In this document: piece after piece, positions 42,116 to 56,074 of the stretch
How positions within the stretch are numbered: the first letter of the stretch is position 1
How the letters are laid out: each line of letters begins with the position of its first letter
Origin: Haplodiscus bocki
Lineage: Eukaryota
DNA: 64,000 bases
Direction of reading: 5' to 3'
Assembly (NCBI GenBank): GCA_965655095.1
Contig: OZ296651.1
Location: 25,296,001 to 25,360,000 of the forward strand
Notes under the pieces: generated by a model
Databases searched by the model: none
What the model saw: only the letters and a program-made list of their open reading frames with translations
Told to the model about the DNA's origin: nothing
Position numbers and translations under genes: made by a program

Positions 42116-45100
42116 TGTGAGAATTGAACTTGATCATCGAAAGTATTCTTAGCGGAGTGCTATTCTTGACACTTTTTGAACACTAGAGTTGCGATGTGAG
42201 AAAGCAAAAGCAACAAAATCATTGACGTATGCTGAGACAAGTGTTAGTAAAATTGAGTAATACCTTCGTGATTGAAATGCGGCCAACTATTGTTGTGAGA
42301 AGCAGCATTGATTTTGAGGAACATAAAACTTCTTCCTTATTTCGGTTTTTGGGTCAGAAATTTTTACGATGTCAAGATTTTATCTTGAAGAAGAGTATTA
42401 AAAATTGTTTTGCTGTTGAAAAATTTTGACTGCGACAGTCATAGAAGACATGGAGATGTTATTTTGGAAAATCGAGTCTGAAATCAAGAAGATTCAAACA
42501 AAATTGGAAACTTTAACAATTTCTTGGTATCATGCCTCCTGTCCGACCAACCGAACCCAGAAAAAGACAGGCAAAGAGCATTGCAGAAAAAAACATAACG
42601 TCACCTGAGACTCTGATTGATGAAATTTAATTCGGGTTTTGGGAGAATTTAGGTTCGCAGGTATCGAAAAAAGAACTTTTTTGGTTGCGTTAATGGGCTA
42701 CTTCCATCCAAACACTTTGCTATGACAGAGTCGACTCTTCAGAAATTTCCAATTAAAGACCTTTTGGGAAGTTGGCAACTGTCGATGGGAACTATGACTG
42801 AGAAGTTAAACCAGGTACTTTTGAAGGAATCTCAATTTGGTTATCGACATTGATCTTACGTACAAAGGGTTTTTGCTAAATTCTGACCAATGAGTTCCTA
42901 TTGGAAGTCAAATCACAAAAAAAATCAAACGAATCCCTAGTTCAGAGATGACAATAGTCGAGTGAGTGGTTGAATACGGAAAATCAGTAGTTAGGTCTGA
43001 GGAAGAATGTGGTTTCTTTTTCGTATAATTTCAACGAGTACTGTACACAGATACTATAGTCCAGTGAGAGTTTGGTGGAATTATGTCGGTCGGTAGTTTT
43101 GCACACATGTGGTTTGGAATCTGAAAAGAACCAAGTGCAAGTGCAAGATTGATTTGAAATCCTTCGCCAATCAAAATTTGGCTGCGAGCAATAAAGTTTA
43201 AAAAATCTCATTCGAAATTCCTGAGAAAAAGATCCTGACTGCAGAAGTGCAAATTGATCAGTTCTACCACAAAGAAGCACCATTTAAATGCATAACATTT
43301 GGCATTCATGCCTACCTAATATTCGATGAACAGATGAAAAAAAGTGATGGATTTTGAAACATCTTGTTCAAAGTCAAATCTGTTCATTGAGAACTTGATG
43401 GGAGATATCCTGAGAGGTTGTGTTTTGAGGGAAACGTAGTTTAAAACTTAAAAGGAAGGAGATCAAAATTCACCTTCTGACTACTTTGACTGAATAAATT
43501 GTTTTTGCAAGGAACTGATTGGTATGTTTGGAACTTCCTCATTTCCCGTGATAATAAAAAACGTCGAATGAAACCTTATGCCCTGATGAACGAAATGCAG
43601 ACATTAGTTCCGGAAAGAAAAAGGCTCCAGTCTCGGGATAAAAATTCCTTGCCCTTGTCCGTCATTTCGGTCCTAATGTTTCCGATGTAGGAAACGGTCA
43701 CCGTTTTTTAGTTTGACTGATGCTCTAGTTTTTCGAGATCTTGATTAATACCTCAATGTGATAGATTCAGCCGTATGTTTTGTAAGAAATGAACTCGATC
43801 ATCGAAACAATTCTTAGCGGTGTGCTAGTCTTGACACGTTTCGAACAATCGAGTTGCGATGTGAGGAAGCATATGCACTAAAAATCCTTGACGAATGCAG
43901 AGAGAAGTGATAGTAATGTCGAGTAATACCTTGATGATTGAAATGTGGCCACCTAATTTTGTGGAAAGCACCATTGAGTTTTAGAAAGAAAAAGATTCCT
44001 TCTACTTTTCGGCTTTTTGGGTCAGAAATTTTTACGATCTCGACATTTTTTCTTGGAAGAAGAGTTTTTGAAATTTGTTCTGCAGTTAAGACTGGTTGAC
44101 TGAGACAGTGATAGAAGACATGGAGAGATTTTTTTGAAAATGCTAATCTGTTAATCAAGAAGATTCAAACAAAGTTTCAAATGTTAACTTTTTCTTAGAA
44201 TCATGTCTCAGGGCCGAGCAATCAAACCCAGGAAAAGACAGGCAAAGAGCATTGCAGAAGTTTTTCAAAATGTCAACTGAGACTCTGATTGATGAAATTT
44301 ATCCCTGGATCTGGAAGAAATTAGGTTTGCATTTGCCGAAAAAACAACTTTTTTGTTAACGTCTATAGGCTAAGTCCAGTTTGCTATGGCAGAGTCGACT
44401 TTTGAGACATTTCCAATGAAGTACAGTTTGTGAAGATGGCAATTGTTGATTGGGACCTTGACAGAAACATCAAAACTGGTGGTTTTGAAGGAAGCTAAAT
44501 TTGGTTACCGATCTTGATCATACGTACAGAGAGCTTTTGCTACTTTCCGACCTATGAGTTGCTATTGGAATAGCCAAATCACGAAAAAACTTCAAACGAA
44601 CACCTTCTTCAAGGATGAGAGAATACGAGTAAGAGGTTGATTATTGAAAATCAGTAGTTAGTTCTGAGGAAGATTTTGGTTTCTTTTCCGTATAACTTCA
44701 CCGAGTACTATACACAGATAAATTAGTCCACTGAGACCTTGGTGGAATTAGTTTGTCGGTAGTTCAGCACACAGGTTGTTTTGAATCTGAATAGAACCAA
44801 ATGCAAGTTCAAGGTTGATTTGATATTCTTTGCCAATCAAAATTTGGCTGTGAGCAATAAAGTTGAAAGTTTCTCATTCGAAAATTTCTGAACAAAATCG
44901 TTTCCCTCGACGTGCTGAGAAAAAGTTCTAGACTGAAGATTTGCAAAAAAGTCATTTCTATTACAAAGAAGCACCATTTATGTGAACAATTTTTAGCATT
45001 CTTGCCTATCTAACATTCGATGAACGGATGAAGAAAAATGATGGACTTTGAAACATGTTGTTCAAAGTCAAATTTGTTGAATGAGCATTTGACGGGAGAT

Positions 45101-45439
45101 ATCCTGAGAGTTTCTGTTCTGAGGGAAACCTAGTTTGAAACTCAAAAAGAAGGAAACCAAAATTCACTTTTTGATTACTATGACTCAAAATATTGTTTTT
45201 GCAAGGAATTGATTGGTATGTTTGGAACTTCCTCAATTCCCGTGATATTAGAAACATCGAATGAATCGTTATACCCTGATGAACGAAATGCAGACAGTAG
45301 TTCCGGAAAGAAAAAGGCTCCATTCTCGGGATAAAATTCATTGCCCTTGTACGTCATTTCGGTCCTAATGTTTCCGATATAGGAAGCGTTCACCGCTTTT
45401 TTTATTTTGAATGATGCTCTACATTTTCGAAATCGAAAC

Positions 45440-48400
45440 ATTTCTCAGCGGTGTTCTAGTTTTGGCACTTTTCGGACAATAGAGTTGCGATGTGAGGAAG
45501 CAAATGCAACATTTATCACTTAGGAAAGCAGAGAGAAGTGATAGTGTAATCGGGTAATACCTTTATGACTGAAATGCGAACATCTCTTTTTGTGAAGTGC
45601 AACATTGATTTTTAGGAACAAAAAGACTTGTTCCATTTTCTGGCTTTTTGGGTCAGAAATTTTTACGATGTGAAGATTTTTTCCTGGAAGATAAGTTTTG
45701 AAAATTGTTTTGCAGTTAAGAAATGTTGACTGAGACAGTGAAAGAAGATTTGGAGAGAATGATTTGAAAAGGTGATTTGGTTAATCGAGACTCTTCATAC
45801 AAAAATTCAAACTTTAATACTTTCTTCGTATCAAGTCTCCCGTCCAACCAACCACACCCGGAAAGAGACAGTCAAAGAGCATTGTAGAAGTAATTAAAAC
45901 ATCAACTGAGGCTCTGATTGATGAAATTTTACACGGGATCTGGAAGAATTCAGGTTCGAAGGTATCGCAAAAAGTTTTTTTTGTTTGCGTTAACGGGCCA
46001 ATTCCATCCAAATACTTTGCTAAGGCAGAGTCGACTCTTCAGAGTATTCCAATGAAGGACATTTCGGGAAGTTGGCAAGTGTCGATGGGGAAATCAAGTT
46101 AAATGTTAAACCAGGTAGTTTTGAAGGAAGCTCAATTTGGTTATCGATGTTGATCTTACGTACAAAGATTTTTTGCCAAGTTCTGACCAGTGAGATCCTA
46201 ATGGAGGTGAAATCACAAAAGAAATCAAACGAACACTTTCTTCAAAGATGACAAAAGTCGAGTGAGAGGTTGATTAATGAAAATCAGTAGTTAGTTCTGA
46301 GGAAGAATTTGGTTTTTCTCTCGTATAGTTTAACCGAGTACTATACATAGATAAATTAGTCCAGTGAGACCTAGGTGGAAAAAGTTTGGTCAGTAGTTCT
46401 GCACACATGTGTTTTGGAATCTGAACTAGAACCAAATGCAAGTGCAAGATTGATTTGAAATTCGGCGCCAATCAAAATTTGGCTGCGAGCAATAAAATTG
46501 AATGTTTCTCATTCAAAAACCTTTGAAAAACTAAAATTTTCGCTTAACGTCTTGAGAACGAATGGCAGACTGAAGAAGTGCAAATTGATCAGTTTTACTA
46601 CAAAGAAGCACCATTTTTAAACTTACGTTTTATCAATCATGCCTATCAAACATTCGATCAACGGACGAAAAAAGTTGTGCATTTTGATTTATCTTGTCCA
46701 GAGACAAATCTGTTGATTGAGCACTTGACGGCAGACATCCTGAGAGTTTCTGTTTTTGGGGGAAACCTAGTTTGAAGCTCCTAAAGAAAGGAAACCAAAC
46801 GTCAATTCTCGACTACTTTGACTCAGCAAGCTGCAGGTGCAATGAACTAATTGTTAGGTTTGGAACTGCCTAAATTCTCCCGATAATAAAAATGTCTAAT
46901 AATACTCTGATGGACGAAACGCAGACAGTAGTTCTGGAAAGAAAAATGTTCCATTCTCGGGAAAAAAATCATTGCACTTGTAAGTCAGTTCGGTCCCAAT
47001 GTTCCAGATTTATCAAACGTTCACCGATTTTTTTCTTTTGACTGATGCTCCACATTTTCGAAATCTTGGCCAGGACCTCAATGTGACAGACTCAGCCGTA
47101 TGTTTTGTGAGAACTGAACTCGATCATCAAAGCATTTCTCAGCGGTGTTCTAGTTTTGGCACTTTTCGGACAATAGAGTTGCGATGTGAGGAAGCAAATG
47201 CAACATTTATCACTTAGGAAAGCAGAGAGAAGTGATAGTGTAATCGGGTAATACCTTTATGACTGAAATGCGGCCATCTCTTTTTGTGAAGTGCAACATT
47301 GATTTTTAGGAACAAAAAGACTTGTTCCATTTTCTGGCTTTTTGGGTCAGAAATTTTTACGATGTGAAGATTTTTTCTTGGAAGATAAGTTTTGAAAATT
47401 GTTTTGCAGTTAAGAAATGTTGACTGAGACAGTGATAGAAGAATTGGAGAGAATATTTTGAAAATGTGAGTTGGTTAATCGAGATTCTTCATACAAAACT
47501 TCAAACTTTAATACTTTTTTCGTATCAAGTCTCCGGTCCAACCAACCAGACCCGGAAAGAGGCAGGCAAAGAGCATTGTAGAAGTAATTAAAACATCAAC
47601 TGAGACTCTGATTGATGAAATTTTACACGGGATCTGGAAGAATTCAGGTTCGAAGGTATCGCAAAAAGTTTTTTTTTGTTTGCGTTAACGGGCCAATTCC
47701 ATCCAAATACTTTGCTATGGCAGAGTCGACTCTTCAGAGTATTCCAATGAAGGACATTTCGGGAAGTTGGCAACTGTCGATGGGGAAATCAAGTTAAATG
47801 TTAAACCAGGTAGTTTTGAAGGAAGCTCAATTTGGTTATCGATGTTGATCTTACGTACAAAGATTTTTTGCCAAGTTCTGACCAGTGAGATCCTAATGGA
47901 GGTGAAATCACAAAAGAAATCAAACGAACACTTTCTTCAAAGATGACAAAAGTCGAGTGAGAGGTTGATTAATGAAAATCAGTAGTTAGTTCTGAGGAAG
48001 AATTTGGTTTTTCTCTCGTATAGTTTAACCGAGTACTATACATAGATAAATTAGTCCAGTGAGACCTAGGTGGAAAAAGTTTGGTCAGTAGTTCTGCACA
48101 CATGTGTTTTGGAATCTGAACTAGAACCAAATGCAAGTGCAAGATTGATTTGAAATTCGGCGCCAATCAAAATTTGGCTGCGAGCAATAAAATTGAATGT
48201 TTCTCATTCAAAAACCTTTGAAAAACTAAAATTTTCGCTTAACGTCTTGAGAACGAATGGCAGACTGAAGAAGTGCAAATTGATCAGTTTTACTACAAAG
48301 AAGCACCATTTTTAAACTTACGTTTTATCAATCATGCCTATCAAACATTCGATCAACGGACGAAAAAAGTTGTGCATTTTGATTTATCTTGTCCAGAGAC

Positions 48401-50330
48401 AAATCTGTTGATTGAGCACTTGACGGCAGACATCCTGAGAGTTTCTGTTTTTGGGGGAAACCTAGTTTGAAGCTCCTAAAGAAAGGAAACCAAACGTCAA
48501 TTCTCGACTACTTTGACTCAGCAAGCTGCAGGTGCAATGAACTAATTGTTAGGTTTGGAACTGCCTAAATTCTCCCGATAATAAAAATGTCTAATAATAC
48601 TCTGATGGACGAAACGCAGACAGTAGTTCTGGAAAGAAAAATGTTCCATTCTCGGGAAAAAAATCATTGCACTTGTAAGTCAGTTCGGTCCCAATGTTCC
48701 AGATTTATCAAACGTTCACCGATTTTTTTCTTTTGACTGATGCTCTACATTTTCGAAATCTTGGCTAGGACCTCAATGAGGCAGACTCAGCCGTATGTTT
48801 TGTGAGAACTGAACTCGATCATCGAAACATTTCTCAGCGGTGTTCTAGTTTTGGCACTTTTCGGACAATAGAGTTGCGATGTGAGGAAGCAAATGCAACA
48901 TTTATCACTTAGGAAAGCAGAGAGAAATGATAGTGTAATCGGGTAATACCTTTATGACTGAAATGCGGGCATCTCTTTTTGTGAAGTGCAACATTGATTT
49001 TTAGGAACAAAAAGACTTGTTCCATTTTCTGGCTTTTTGGGTCAGAAATTTTTACGATGTCAAGATTTTTTCGTGGAAGATATGTTTTGAAAATTGTTTT
49101 GTAGTTAAGAAACGTTGACTGAGACAGTGAAAGAAGAATTGGAGAGAATATTTTGAAAAGGTGAGTTGGTTAATCGAGTCTCTTTATACAAAAATTCAAA
49201 CTTTAATACTTTCTTCATATCAAGTCTCCGGTCCAACCAACCACACCCGGAAAGAGACAGGCAAAGAGAATTGTAGAAGTAATTAAAACATCAACTGAGA
49301 CTCTGATTGATGAAATTTTACACGGGATCTGGAAGAATTCAGGTTCGCAGGTGTCGTAAAAAGTTTTTTTTTGTTTGCATTAATGGGCCATTTCCATCCA
49401 AACACTTTGCTATGGCAGAGTCGACTCTTCAGAGTATTCCAATGAAGGACATTTCGAGAAGTTGGCAACTCTCGACGGGGAAATCAAGTTAAATGTTAAA
49501 CCAGGTAGTTTTGAAGGAAGCTCATTTTGGTTATCGATGTTGATCTTACGTACAAAGATTTTTTGCCAAGTTCTGACCAGTGAGATCCTATTGGAGGTGA
49601 AATCACAAAAAAATCAAACGAACACTTTCTTCAAAGATGACAAAAGTCGAGTGAGAGGTTGATTAATGAAAATCAGTAGTTAGTTCTGAGGAAGAATTTG
49701 GTTTTTCTCTCGTATAGTTTCACCGAGTACTATAGATAGATAAATTAGTCCAGTGAGACCTAGGTGGAAAAAGTTTGGTCGGTGGTTCTGCACACATGTG
49801 TTTTGGAATCTGAAATAGAACCAAATGCATGTGCAAGATTGATTTGAAATTCGGCGCCAATCAAAATTTGGCTGCGAGCAATAACATTGAATGTTTCTCA
49901 TTCAAAAACCTTCGAAAAACTAAAATTTTCGCTTAACGTCTTGAGAACGAATGGCAGACTGAAGAAGTGCAAATTGATCAGTTCTACTACAAAGAAGCAC
50001 AATTTTTAAACTTACGTTTTATCAATCATGCCTATCAAACATCCGATCAACGGATGAAAAAAGTTGTGCATTTTGATTTATCTTGTCCAGAAACAAATCT
50101 GTTGATTGAGCACTTGACGGCAGACATCCTGAGAGTTTCTGTTTTTGGGGGAAACCTAGTTTGAAGCTCCAAAAGAAAGGAAACCAAACGTCAATTCTCG
50201 ACTACTTTGACTCAGCAAGCTGCAGGTGGAATGAACTAATTGTTATGTTTGGATCTGCCTAAATTCCCCTGATAATGAAAAAGTCTTTTAATATTCTGAT
50301 GGACGAAACGCAAACAGTAGTTCTGGAGAG
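45440..50330 (+). repeat. Local triplication, period ~1694-1695 bp
   Basis: ORFs 46274/47969 and 46578/48273 are identical, and 49967 has three residue changes. All three share the private motif gactcagcaagctgcaggtg. Confidence 0.88.
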
Positions 50331-53300
50331 AAAAATGTTCCATTCTCGGGAAAAAAATCATTTCAATTGTCCGTCAGTTCGGTCCTAATGTTTCCAATGC
50401 ATGAAACGTTGACCGAATTTTTATTTTTAATTGATGCTCTACAAGTTCAAAATCCTCATTAAGACCTTGATGTGAGAGATGCACCCGCATCTTTTGTAAG
50501 AATTGAACTAGATCATCGGAACAATTCCTAGCGGTGCGTTATTTTTGACACCTTTTGAACAGTACAGTTGCGATTTGAGGAAACAAATGCAACAACTAAC
50601 ATTCACGTTTGTAAAGAGAATTGACAGTGTAGTCGGGTAATATCTTCATGACTGAAATGCAGTCATCAGTTTTCGTGAAAAGCGCCCTTGAATTTTAGGA
50701 ACAAAATGTTTCTTCTAAATTTCGGCTTTTTGGGTCAGAAACTTTAACGATATCAACATAATCTCTTGGAGGAAGGTTTCTGAAAATTTCTCTCCAGTTA
50801 AAACATGTTGACTGAGTTAGTGATGGAAGACATGGAGAGGTTGTTTTGAAAAGGCGAGTCTGTTAATCAAGAAGATTCATACAAAGTTTGAAATTTTATC
50901 AACTTCTTGGTTTCATGTCTCCAGTCTGACCGACCATACCCAGAAAGAGACAAGGAAAGAGTATTACAGAAGTAAATAAAACATCAACTGAGACACTTAT
51001 TGAAGAAATGTAACCCGGGATCTGAAATAATTTAGGTTCGCATTTACCGATAAATTAAATTTTTCGTTGACGTCAGTGGGCTAAGTTCATCTAAACAGTT
51101 TGCTATGGCCGAGTCGACTTTTGAGACGTTTCCAATGAAAGACATTTTGGGAAGATGGCAATTGTCGATCGGGACCTTGACAGAAACTTTAAAACTGGTA
51201 GTTTAGAAGGAAGCTAAATTTGGTTACCGATCTTGATCATAGGTACAGAGAGTTTCTGCTAGTTTGCGACCTATGAGTTGCTATTGGAACTGCCAAATCA
51301 CAAAAAACTTCAAACGAACACCTTCTCCAAAGATGACAGAAGTCGAGTCCGAGGTTGATTAATGAAAATCAGTAATTAGTTCTGAGGAAGAATTTGGTTT
51401 CTTTTTCGTATAATTTCACCGAGCACTATACACAGATAAATTGGTCCACTTAGACCTGGGTGGAATTAGTTTGGTCGGTAGATCTGCACAGAAGTGGTTC
51501 GGAACCTGAATAGAACCAAGTGCAAGTGCAGGATTGATTTGAAATTCTTCGTCAATCAAAATTTGGCTGCGAGCAATAAAGATGAAATTTTTTTTTTCGA
51601 AAAATTTAAAAAAATAAAACGTTTCCGTTGACGTCCTGAGAAACTTTCCAGACTAAAGAAGTGCAAAATGATCTGTTCTATTACAAAGAATCACCATTTA
51701 TATGCATAAAATCTAGCGTTCATGCCTATCTAACTTTCGATGAACGGATGAAAAAAAGTGATGGATTTTGAAACATCTTGTTCAAAGTCAAATTTGTTGA
51801 TTGAGCATTTGACGGGAGATATCCTGAGAGTTTCTGTTTTGAGGGAAACTTAGTTTGAAACTTAAGAAGGAAACCAAAAATCACCTTCTGACTACTTTGG
51901 CCCAACAAATTGTTTTTGCAAGGAACTGATTGGTATCTTTGGAACTGCCTAAATTCCCCTGATAACAAAAATGTCCATTAAAAATCTGATGGACGAAACG
52001 CAGACAGTAGTTCTGGAAAGAAAAATGTTCCATTCTCGCAAAAAAATCATTGCACTTGTCCGTCAGTTCGGTCCTAATGTTTCCGATGCATGAAACGTTA
52101 ACCGAATTTTTATTTTTGAATGATGCTCTACAAGTTTAAAATCCTCATTAAGACCTTAATGTGAGAGATGCACCCGCATGTTTTCTAAGAATTGAACTAG
52201 ATCATCGAAACAATTTTCAGCGGTATGTTATTTTTGACACATTTTGAACAGTACAGTTGCGATTTGAGGAAACAAATGCAACAACTAACATTCACGTTTG
52301 TAAAGGGAAATGATAGTGTAGTCGGGTAATATCTTTATGACTGAAATGCAGCCATCAGTTTTCGTGAAAAGCGCCATTGATTTTTAGGAACAAAAAGATT
52401 TCTTCTACATTTCGGCTTTTTGGGTCGGAAATTTTAACGATATCAACATATTCTCTTGGAGGAAGGTTTCTGAAAATTTCTCTCCAGTTAAAACATGTTG
52501 ACTGAGTTAGTGATGGAAGACATGGAGAGGTTGTTTTGACAAAGCGAGTCTGTTAATCAAGAAGATTCATACAAAGTTTGAAATTGTAACAACTTCTTGG
52601 TTTCATGTCTCCAGTCTGACCAACCATACCCAGAAAGAGACAGGGAAAGAGTATTACAGAAGTAAATAAGATATCAACTGAGACAATTATTGAAGAAATG
52701 TAACCCGGGATCTGAAAAAATTTAGGTTCACATTTACCGATAAATTAACTTTTTCGTTGACGTCAGTGAACTAAGTCCATCTAAACAGTTTGCTATGGCC
52801 GAGTCGACTTTTGAGATGTTTCCAATGAAAGACATTTTGGGAAGATGGCAATTGTCGATGGGGACCTTGACAGAAAACTTGAAACTGGTAGTTTTGGAGG
52901 AAGCTAAATTTGGTTACCGACGTTGATCATACGTACAGAGAGATTTTGCTAATTTCTGAACCATGAGTTGCTATTGGAACAGCCAAATCACAAGAAAACT
53001 TCAAAGGAACACCTTCTTCAATGTTGACAAAAGTCGAGTAAGAGGTTGATTAATGAAAATCAGTAATTAGTTCTGAGGAAGAATTTGGTTTATTTTTCGT
53101 ATAATTTCACCGAGCACTATACACAGATAAATTGGTCCACTTAGACCTGGGTGGAATTAAATTGGTCGGTAGTTCTGCACAGAAGTGGTTCGGAACCTGA
53201 ATAGAACCAGGTGCAAGTGCAGGATTGATTTGAAATTCTTCGTCAATCAAAATTTGGCTGCGAGCAATAAAGTTGAAATTTTTTTTTCGAAAAATTTAAA

Positions 53301-53630
53301 AAAATAAAACGTTTCCGTTGACGTCCTGAGAAATTTTCCAGACTGAAGAAGTGCAAAATGATCTGTTCTATTACAAAGAATCACCATTCATATGCATAAA
53401 TTTTAGCGTTCATGCCTATCTAACTTTCGATGAACGGATGAAAAAAAGTGATGGATTTTGAAACATCTTGTTCAAAGTCAAATTTGTTGATTGAGCATTT
53501 GACGGGAGATATCCTGAGAGTTTCTGTTTGGAGGGAAACCTAGTTTGAAACTTAAAAAGAAGGAAACCAAAATTCACCTTCTGACTACTTTGGCCCAACA
53601 AATTGTTTTTGCAAGGAACTGATTGGTATG
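50255..53630 (+). repeat. Pair of closely related monomers, period ~1690 bp
   Basis: Shared private variants: gatgcacccgcat, gactgagttagtgatgg, ttagacctgggtgg, tttggcccaac. ORF ends 51726/53416 are offset by 1690. Confidence 0.82.
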
Positions 53631-56074
53631 TTTGGAACATCCTCAATTCCCGTGATAATAAAAACGTGGATTGAAACCCTAATTCGCTGATGGACGAAAA
53701 GCAGACTGTAGTTCCGGAAAGAAAAAGGCTCCATTCTCGCGATAAAAATTCATTGCCCTTGCCCGTCATTTCGGTCCTAATGTTTCCGATGTAGGAAACG
53801 TTCAACGATTTTTTTCTTTTGATTGATGCTCTACATTTTTAAAATCTTGGTTAAGACCTCAATGTGACAGACTCAGCCGTATGTGTTGTAAGAATTGAAC
53901 TGGATCATCGAAACACTTCTCAGCGGTGTTCTACTTTTGACACTTTTCGGACAATAGAGTTGCGATGTGAGGAAGCAAATGCAACAGGTATCACTGACGA
54001 ATGCAGAGACAATTGATAGTAAAATCGAGCAATAGCTTGATGATTGAATTGCGGCCACCTATTTTTGTGAAAAGCACAATTGATTTTTAGGAACAAAAAA
54101 AGTTCTTCCACGTTTTAGCTTTTGGGTCAGATATTTTTACGTTGTCAAGATTTTTTCTTGGAAGAAGAGTATTGAAAACTGTTTTGCGGTTAAAAAATGT
54201 TGAAAGAGACAGTGATAGAAAGATGGAGAGAATATTTTGAAAAGGTGAGTCGGTTAATCGAGACTCTTCATACAGTAAATCAAACTTTATTACTTTCTTC
54301 GTATCAAGTCTCCAGTCCGACCAACCACACCCGGAAAAAGACAGGCAAAGAGCATTGTAGAAGTAATTAAAACATCAACTGAGACTCTGATTGATGAATT
54401 TTTACACGGGATCTGGAAGAATTCAGGTTCGCAGGTATCGTAAAATGTTTTTTTTTGTTTGCATTAATGGGCCATTTCCATCCAAACACTTTGCTATGGC
54501 AGAGTCGACTCTTCAGAGTATTCCAATGACGGACATTTTGGGAAGTTGGCAATTGTCGATAGGGACATTGACTGAAAAGTTAAACCAGGTAGTTTTGAAG
54601 GAAGCTCAATTTGGTTATCGACGTTGATCTTACGTACAAAGAGTTTTTGCTAAGTTCTGACCAATGAGTTCCTATTGGAAGTCAAATCACAAAAAAATTC
54701 AAACGAACCCCTTCCTCAAAGATGACAATAGTCGAGTGAGTGGTTGAATACGGAAAATCAGTAGTTAGGTCTGAGGAAGAACGAGGTTTCTTTTTTGTAT
54801 AATTTCACCGAGTACTGTACACAGATAATACAGTCCAGTGAGAATTTGGTGGAAAAAAGTCGGTCGGTAGTTTTGCACGCATGTGGTTTGGAATCTGAAA
54901 GAAAATCAAATGCAAGTGCAGGATTGATTCGAAAATCTTCGCCAATCAAAAGTTGGCTGCGAGCAATAAAATCGGAAGTTTTTCATTCGAAAACTTTTAA
55001 AAAACTAAAATTTCCGCTGAACGTTTTGAGAAGGAATGACAGACGGAGAAGTGGAAAATGATCAGTTCTAGTACAAAGAAGCACCATTTTTGTACTTGAA
55101 CTTTATCAATCATGCCTATCACACAATCGATGAGCTGATGAAAAAAAGTTGCGCATTTTGATTTATCTCGTCTAAAGACAAATTTGTTGATTGGGAACTT
55201 GACGGCAGATGTCCTGAGAGTTTCAGTTTTGGGGGAAACCTAGTTTGAAACTTCAAAAAAAGGAAACCACAATTCAATTTTCGACTACTTTGACTCAAGA
55301 AGCTGCTGTTGCAAGGAACTACTTGTTATGTTTGGAGCTTCCTAAATTCCCCTGATAATCAAAATCTTGAAAAAAAATTTGATGGACGAAACGCAGACAG
55401 TAGTTCTGTAAGGAAAAATGCTCCATTCTCGTCAAAGAAAATCATTGCACTTGTCCATCAGTTCGGTCCTAATGCTTCGGATGAATGAAACGTTTACCGA
55501 AATTTTTTTGAATGATGCTCTACAAGTTCAAAATCGTGATTAAGATCTCGATGTGAGAGATTCACCCGTATGTTTTGTAACAATTGAACTAGATCATCGA
55601 AACATTTACTAGCGGTGTGTTATTTTTGACACCTTTTGAACACTACAGTTGCGATTTGAGGAAACAAATGCAACAACTAACTTTCACGTTTGTAAAGAGA
55701 AGTGATAGTGTAGTCGGGTAATTATTTTATGACTGAAATGCAGCCAACAGTTGTCGTGAAAAGCGCCATTGAATTTTAGGAACAAAAATATTTCTTCTAC
55801 ATTTCGGCTCTTTGGGTCAGAAAATTTAACGGTATCAACATTTTTTCTTGGAGGAAGGTTTCCGAAAATTGTTGAAACATGTTGACTGAGACAGTGATGG
55901 AAGACATGGACAGGTTGTTTTGAAAAAGCGAGTCGGATAATCAAGAAGATTCAAACAAAGTTTGAAATTTTAGCAACTTCTTGGTTTCATGTCTCCGGTC
56001 CGACCAAGCATACCCAGAAAGAGACAGGCAAAGAGCATGGCAGAAGTAAACAAGACATCAACAAAGACTCTGAT

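Larger units (their letters stand above)
30116..42616 (+). repeat. Domain III: eight homogeneous M monomers (1558-1566 bp) with a ~138-bp internal deletion
   Basis: Spacings are 1562, 1564, 1563, 1562, 1566, 1561, 1565, 1558. The junction reads gaaccaagtgcaagtgcaaaatgatc (e.g. 30625-30650). Private variants include tacacgggatctggaagaattcagg. Confidence 0.94.
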
